Assembly (NCBI GenBank): GCA_965205485.1
Contig: OZ242180.1
Location: 4,960,001-5,024,000 of the forward strand
Length of the DNA: 64,000 bases
Direction of reading: 5' to 3'
Source of the DNA: Candidatus Latescibacterota bacterium
GTDB lineage: Bacteria > Latescibacterota > UBA2968 > GCA-2709665
The notes beneath the pieces are model-generated. The model made no database searches, was not told the DNA's origin, and worked only from the letters and a program-made list of their open reading frames with translations. Shown piece after piece: positions 58,902-64,000 of this stretch. Both the position numbers and the translations under genes were made by a program. How positions within the stretch are numbered: the stretch's first letter is position 1; each line of letters begins with the position of its first letter.

Positions 58902-60140
58902 TCACTCACCGGCCTGGTCTTGCAGGCTCGTACTCATATTATAGGCCTCTTCGGCGTTCTTTGCGCTTTCCGAAGCCGCATCGTCCAAACCGGCATCAGA
59001 CTGCTCCTTCGAAAGCAGGGCCCACGACCGGGACAACGCCTGCCAGCCCTGGACGCTGGTCGGTCTGATGCTTACGACCATCTTCAAGGCTTCGATGGAA
59101 TCTTCGTACTTTTCCTGCTTTTCGTAAATTCGGCCCAGCCGGAACCATGCGTCGGCGTCTTGCGGATTGGCCTGGACGCTCTTGAGGAACAGATTGACGG
59201 CCTCGTCGACCCTTCCGAGATTCCTGTAACACTCCGCGAGATTGAACAGGTTATCCACGTCGTCCGGCTTCTGAGCCGCCACCGTCTCCAGGAGTTCGGC
59301 AGCCTTTTCGTAGTTGCCGCCCAACAAGTGCATCTGTCCGGCCATCTGCGCAACGTCCACGTTGTCAGGTTCGATGACCAGGGCTTTCTCCGCGGATTCG
59401 AGGGCGGCCGCGGTGTCGCCCGCAAACTGCTGGGCGCGGGCCAGGTCGTTCAGATAGCCGGCGTTTTCGGGCGCCAGCTGATGGGCTCTGGTGAAGCACT
59501 GCCTCGCTTCTTCGTAATTCTTGAGATTCATATACGCCCGGCCAAGATTGACAAACGACGATGCTTCCGTGCTGTCCAACTCGACCGCCTTTTCGTAGGC
59601 GTCGATTCCGGCCTGAGCCTGACCCATGTTCAGGTAGGCCACCCCCAGCGCCTGATAGCTCATGGGCTTCTCCGGCGACAGCGCGATGGCTTTCTGAAGC
59701 GATTCGATGGCCGCGCCGTAGTCTTCGGCGCCGATCGCCCGGACGGCGTTATTGTAGTTCCGGCTCCACCACATGTCCAGGTAGGGCTGGATTTTCTTGG
59801 CGTATTTCTTCTTGCCTTTCTTGGTTGCAAGGACCCACTCGAATTCCTTCCTCATCTCATCCTGCATGTTTTTCTCGGAGTAGATCTCGCCCAGCATGAA
59901 ATGGGCCTGCACGTCACCAGGGTCGCCCTCGATGACGATCAGCAACTGGGCGAGGGCCTTGTCGAACAGGCGCTGGCTGACGTAGAGGTGGGCGGACCGC
60001 TTGGCGATTTTGGCGTCTCCCTTCGTGATTTTCTTCTTTTTCGCCCACGCCTCCGGGGGCGCGGTTCCGAGAGAAGCCAACACAAGAAGCGCGAGCACGG
60101 GAATGCCCGCCTGGCGCAGGAATCGGATGACAGGGTTCAA
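58902..60140 (-). CDS. Secreted TPR-repeat protein
   Basis: Signal peptide, many TPR units; TTG start after aagg. Confidence 0.88.
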   Translation of the reverse strand: MNPVIRFLRQAGIPVLALLVLASLGTAPPEAWAKKKKITKGDAKIAKRSAHLYVSQRLFDKALAQLLIVIEGDPGDVQAHFMLGEIYSEKNMQDEMRKEFEWVLATKKGKKKYAKKIQPYLDMWWSRNYNNAVRAIGAEDYGAAIESLQKAIALSPEKPMSYQALGVAYLNMGQAQAGIDAYEKAVELDSTEASSFVNLGRAYMNLKNYEEARQCFTRAHQLAPENAGYLNDLARAQQFAGDTAAALESAEKALVIEPDNVDVAQMAGQMHLLGGNYEKAAELLETVAAQKPDDVDNLFNLAECYRNLGRVDEAVNLFLKSVQANPQDADAWFRLGRIYEKQEKYEDSIEALKMVVSIRPTSVQGWQALSRSWALLSKEQSDAGLDDAASESAKNAEEAYNMSTSLQDQAGE

Positions 60141-60271
60141 GGCCTTTCCCCTTTCTCTATTTTAGCGAATCTTCGATTCAGCCTACGGACCGCGGACCGT
60201 GGTAACATCCGCATCCGGTGGAACGTGACGGCAGTCGGAACGTCTTCCCTGCCGGGAATGCGGATCGGTGC

Positions 60272-60300
60272 AATATAGGCGGCGGGTATATTCCTGTCAA
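60272..60300 (-). promoter_or_regulatory. sigma70-type promoter for TPR-mdh
   Basis: TTGACA-17 nt-TATATT on minus strand. Confidence 0.6.
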
Positions 60301-60394
60301 GATCAAACACGCGGAAACCCCGCTCCGGGGATTCCGAAACGCCGTTTCCATGCTTCGCGACGGTACGACCACGCACCCGCGGCGTCTTCGCGGA

Positions 60395-60586
60395 CTATGC
60401 GTCCCTGTCGGAAATCAGTTCGCCGCCAACGGCCCAGTGGTCGCGGGCCACTTCCTCGATGACCACCATGGTGCCACTCGGTTTTGCTCCACAGATGTCT
60501 TCCAGCGCGTCTGTGATGGCCTTGACCAGTTCGCGCTTCTGGTCGCTCGTGCGGCCGTCGAGCATTTTGACGTTGACAAAGGGCAT
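60395..60586 (-). CDS. 4-oxalocrotonate tautomerase family protein
   Basis: Catalytic Pro1 (MPFVNV), GRT.DQK, HWAVGG. Confidence 0.92.
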   Translation of the reverse strand: MPFVNVKMLDGRTSDQKRELVKAITDALEDICGAKPSGTMVVIEEVARDHWAVGGELISDRDA

Positions 60587-60649
60587 GCCGGTATCCTTTC
60601 TGAAAACGAAGAGCCGTGAATTGTAGGGCCGCAATCTTGCGGCCGGGAA

Positions 60650-61693
60650 CTACGCCTGTGTCTCGTCGATGACAATGAGCGTCTTGATGGATTCGCCTGC
60701 TTCGGCCACGGTCTGAAAACCGGCGGCGGCTTCTTCCAGGGGAAAGCGGTGAGTGACGAGTTTTTTCGCGTTCACCACGCCGAGGCCAACGATGTCGAGC
60801 GCCTCCAACGTGTCCGGCGGACCGCATGAATAGCTGGTTGTCAGCGTGATGTCCCTGGAATACAGATCGTAAGTGTCGACCGGCAGGTTCCGGCCCGGTT
60901 CGGCGGGCGTAAACAGAAGTACGGTCCCGCCCACGCCCACTGCCGAGAATCCCGCCTCCATCGCCGCGAGCGAGCCCGGACCGACAACAACCACGTCGGC
61001 CAGGTCACCCCCGGTGGCTGCGGCAACGGATTCGGCCAGCGTCTCCCGCGTAACGTCAACGCCTTTGTCGGCCCCGAGTTCCCGGGCTCTGGACAGCCGA
61101 TAGGGCACCCTGTCGGCCGCAATCACGGGAGACGCGCCGTAATGCCTGGCGACCAGCGCAAGAATCTGACCCATAATGCCCATGCCGATGATGAGGACGC
61201 GGTCTCCCCGCTTCATCCGGGCGCGGCGTTTCAGCGCCTGGACCGCGCAGGCGGTCGGTTCCACGAAGGCACCGTCTTCGAGGGAAAGCGAGGCCGGAAG
61301 CTTGAGGGTGTCCGTGGCAAGGTTGAGGCCGGGAACGCGCACGAATTCGGCGAGGCCCCCGGGGTCCAAAGCGGAGGCCTTCCAGGTGGGGCACATTGAA
61401 AAATGCCCCCGGCGGCATAAGCGACAGCGCATGCAGGGGGCATGATGATGAACGAAAACGCGATCGCCCGATGAGAAACCGGAGGTTTCGGAACCGACGT
61501 CGACGATGGTACCGGCGGGTTCGTGCCCCAGGACGATCGGCGCCTTGCGGCGAACGTACCACGGCAGGGTATCGCTCGTGCAGATACCGCATACCGCCAT
61601 CTTGACGAGGGCGTCTTCGGGCCCGATTTCGGGGATCGGTTCTTTTTCGATGCGGATGTCGCCGTAGTCGTAGAGACGGGCTACGCGCATCAT
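60650..61693 (-). CDS. Zn-dependent alcohol dehydrogenase (MDR)
   Basis: GICTSD, GHE..G, C..C..C structural Zn, EP.AC, G.G.MG. Confidence 0.9.
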   Translation of the reverse strand: MMRVARLYDYGDIRIEKEPIPEIGPEDALVKMAVCGICTSDTLPWYVRRKAPIVLGHEPAGTIVDVGSETSGFSSGDRVFVHHHAPCMRCRLCRRGHFSMCPTWKASALDPGGLAEFVRVPGLNLATDTLKLPASLSLEDGAFVEPTACAVQALKRRARMKRGDRVLIIGMGIMGQILALVARHYGASPVIAADRVPYRLSRARELGADKGVDVTRETLAESVAAATGGDLADVVVVGPGSLAAMEAGFSAVGVGGTVLLFTPAEPGRNLPVDTYDLYSRDITLTTSYSCGPPDTLEALDIVGLGVVNAKKLVTHRFPLEEAAAGFQTVAEAGESIKTLIVIDETQA

Positions 61694-62745
61694 CCGGCTT
61701 TTTCCGGGCTGGGTTCGGAGGGAACGACCGCGAATTTGACGTCGTTGCCCTTTTTGAGAAGAAGCTCGAAGACGTGTTTCAGATCGGACAGGGAATAGGT
61801 GCCGGAAATCAGGCCGTTGAGGTGGATCTTTCTGTCGACCAGCATCTGGTAGGCCTTTTTTACGGCGCTGCGGCTGTAGTGAAACACGCCCTTAAGCGTA
61901 ATCTGGTCGTAGTGTAACCGGGCGGTGTCGAATGTGGCCACGGTGCCCTTCGGAAGACCGCCGAACAGGACGATCGTGCCGCCCTTGGCAACCAGGTCCG
62001 GGGTGCTCTCCCAGACGGCGAGCTGGCCGGTGCATTCGATCACCAGGTCCGCGCCAATGCCGCCTGTTAGCTCCTTCACGCGGTCGATCGCGTTTTCCCT
62101 TTCCACGTCTATAATCTCGTCCGCGCCGAGCGTCGTGGCGAGTTTGAGCCGGTATTCGCGCCTGCCCGCGACAATCACGCGGCTGGCGCCAAAGGCGTTT
62201 ACGACGGCCGTATGCATCAATCCGATGGCGCCCGCGCCGATGATGAGTACCGTAGCGTCGGGCCCCATAAGTACCTGGTCCATACCGTAGACCACGCATG
62301 CGAGCGGCTCCAGCATGGCGGCCTCTTCGTAGGAGAGATCGGCAGGCTTCTTGAACATGTTGTTCTGGACGACGTGCGCGGGCACCCGAACGTACTCCGC
62401 GAAGGCGCCGAAAACCATTTCATCGATCGCGTACGGGCAGAGGTTTTCGCGCGACTTCCGGCAGTACACACACTCGCCGCACGGCGCAGTAGGCGCGGTC
62501 ATCACCTGGTCGCCCGGCTTGAATCTGGTCACGCCCTCGCCGACCTCATAGATGTCGCCGGAGAACTCATGCCCCAGCGGCGTTGGCGTGGGTATTTTGG
62601 GGTGGCCGCGCCGGAATGTCTTCAATTCGGTGCCGCACGTCAGTGCCGACCGCACCCTGACCACCACTTCGCCGGGACCGGCGCTGGGGATATCCACGTC
62701 CCGCAGTTCCAGACGTCCGGGTTCAAGTAGAAGCGATGAAAGCAT
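61690..62745 (-). CDS. Zn-dependent alcohol dehydrogenase (MDR)
   Basis: TCGTE, GHEFSG, CGECVYC, EPLAC, GAGAIG. Confidence 0.9.
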   Translation of the reverse strand: MLSSLLLEPGRLELRDVDIPSAGPGEVVVRVRSALTCGTELKTFRRGHPKIPTPTPLGHEFSGDIYEVGEGVTRFKPGDQVMTAPTAPCGECVYCRKSRENLCPYAIDEMVFGAFAEYVRVPAHVVQNNMFKKPADLSYEEAAMLEPLACVVYGMDQVLMGPDATVLIIGAGAIGLMHTAVVNAFGASRVIVAGRREYRLKLATTLGADEIIDVERENAIDRVKELTGGIGADLVIECTGQLAVWESTPDLVAKGGTIVLFGGLPKGTVATFDTARLHYDQITLKGVFHYSRSAVKKAYQMLVDRKIHLNGLISGTYSLSDLKHVFELLLKKGNDVKFAVVPSEPSPEKAG

Positions 62746-62986
62746 TGTCCTCGCTCCTCGTCAATGGGTGACGCATCAAATGCCAATTCGCTCTATATAG
62801 AAATTTACGGGAATTCGGCCCGGTCTGCAAGGGCTTTCATTTCAAGAGTCACAATTAGGACACATAGCGCGGATCGCCGCGCAAGAGCGAAGGCAAGGAA
62901 AACCATGTGCGAAGCGTTGCGGACCATTCGCCAGAAGATGCGGCCAATTCTCTTGCGCCAAAGTTCCCGGTCCCTGCGACAAGCGA

Positions 62987-64000
62987 TCAGAATACCGTGA
63001 TCTCAGGGAACTCAATATGACCCAATGCCGCCTTGCCTCCGTAGGCCTTGACGTCGAAGGGTGTAAAAAAGCCCAGGACGAGACCAGCGACCTCTTCGTT
63101 TTCAAGGTCAAGGACAGCGAGTTCATAGGTGCCTGCGGCAGGATCCAACACGGCGACGTATGCGGTCTTGCCGTCCCTGGACACTCCGAAATTATTCTGA
63201 TACCAGTTAGTCTGAATGACGCTCGTTGTCTCGAGGGTCAACCGATCAACGGTCATGAAATAGCTGACAGCTCCTTCTTTGAGCGGTTCAATCGGCGCCG
63301 CGCCCGGCCATACGGTTGCGTAGAGTTTCAGCCCGTCTCTGGACATCTGCAGGTCGATAACGTTGGTGATCGAATCCGCTGCTACCACCAGCATGTCATG
63401 GACTTCCCTGGTCTCCGTGTCAATCGAGATTATCTCAACCGAAGGATCTGTTCCGCCCACGTTTACAGTGGTATAGATTCTGTCTCCCTCTGGAGAAGCA
63501 ACCAACCGCCCATTGCCCCATCCATCGAGCCGGATGCTGTCTGTGAATACCTGGCGGAGACCGTCGATAACGGAGACCCACGGTCTTAACGGATGTCCGA
63601 CGTACACTGCGTTGCCGCCTGGCGATATGGCGATGCCGCTGGGCTTGTACGATAGCGGAATGATGGCCACGGATTCGGCGTCTTTGAGGTGAATGACCTC
63701 AACCTGATTGGCGGCGTCTTCCGTGATGTAGGCAAGGCGATGGTCCGGCGAAAGCACCATCTTGAAACCCCCTCGCCCCGCCGGCGGAAAGCCCGGTGTC
63801 GCGGACGGATCTACGAGTGGCAACCGATAATCAGTTTCGCTGGATTCGGTCAATGCATGGAACGTATCCGCGGCCACGACGTAGATGCGCCTGTTGATCG
63901 AAGAATAGGTCACGCTACGAGGCTGAGTAATGACGGCCGACAAACCAGGATTGAAGAAATTGGTGTCCCCATCCAGAACGAAGACCCTGTTACCCAGGGT
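62987..64000 (-). CDS. YncE/YVTN beta-propeller protein (5' end outside window)
   Basis: Repeated SPDG..AYV......V.VID units. Confidence 0.8.
   Translation of the reverse strand, partial: TLGNRVFVLDGDTNFFNPGLSAVITQPRSVTYSSINRRIYVVAADTFHALTESSETDYRLPLVDPSATPGFPPAGRGGFKMVLSPDHRLAYITEDAANQVEVIHLKDAESVAIIPLSYKPSGIAISPGGNAVYVGHPLRPWVSVIDGLRQVFTDSIRLDGWGNGRLVASPEGDRIYTTVNVGGTDPSVEIISIDTETREVHDMLVVAADSITNVIDLQMSRDGLKLYATVWPGAAPIEPLKEGAVSYFMTVDRLTLETTSVIQTNWYQNNFGVSRDGKTAYVAVLDPAAGTYELAVLDLENEEVAGLVLGFFTPFDVKAYGGKAALGHIEFPEITVF

Noticed and set aside
1..64000. CRISPR array or cas genes
   Set aside because: No regularly spaced 25-40 bp direct repeats with unique spacers; the repeats found are dispersed or heptameric

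Overview
GC-rich bacterial chromosomal window with about 58 protein genes, one tRNA and no CRISPR array, prophage, integrase or transposase. The core backbone is radC, comF, a pfk-gap-pgk-tpiA-secG-tRNA-Leu(GAG) block, mdh and a sigma54-driven COG3014/LpoB lipoprotein operon. Between these lie many catabolic genes (PhyH, amidohydrolases, ThDP enzyme, enolase-superfamily dehydratase, sialidase-like, GH10-like, a D-amino-acid cluster, two Zn-ADHs), repeat proteins (ankyrin, NHL, TPR, beta-propellers), a TetR-RND efflux operon and an AT-richer ABC/HlyD exporter island. The gene mix resembles Latescibacterota/Gemmatimonadota-like heterotrophs or symbionts (inference only). Best candidates for undescribed biology: (1) a BlaI + BlaR1/M56-DUF4837 sensor with three ATTAA-N4-TTAAT operators that would also control a TlpA-TonB pair, where the TlpA gene has an in-frame TGA followed by a SECIS-positioned hairpin; (2) a HAD phosphatase-YvcK/GlmR fusion coupled to a second HAD; (3) a promoter-small peptide-terminator leader ahead of the ABC/HlyD exporter; (4) three copies of a 160-bp MITE plus several REP and heptamer repeat families; (5) two abutting 32-bp palindromes in front of an AAA_14-DUF4143 ATPase. 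All family calls come from motif recognition, not database searches.
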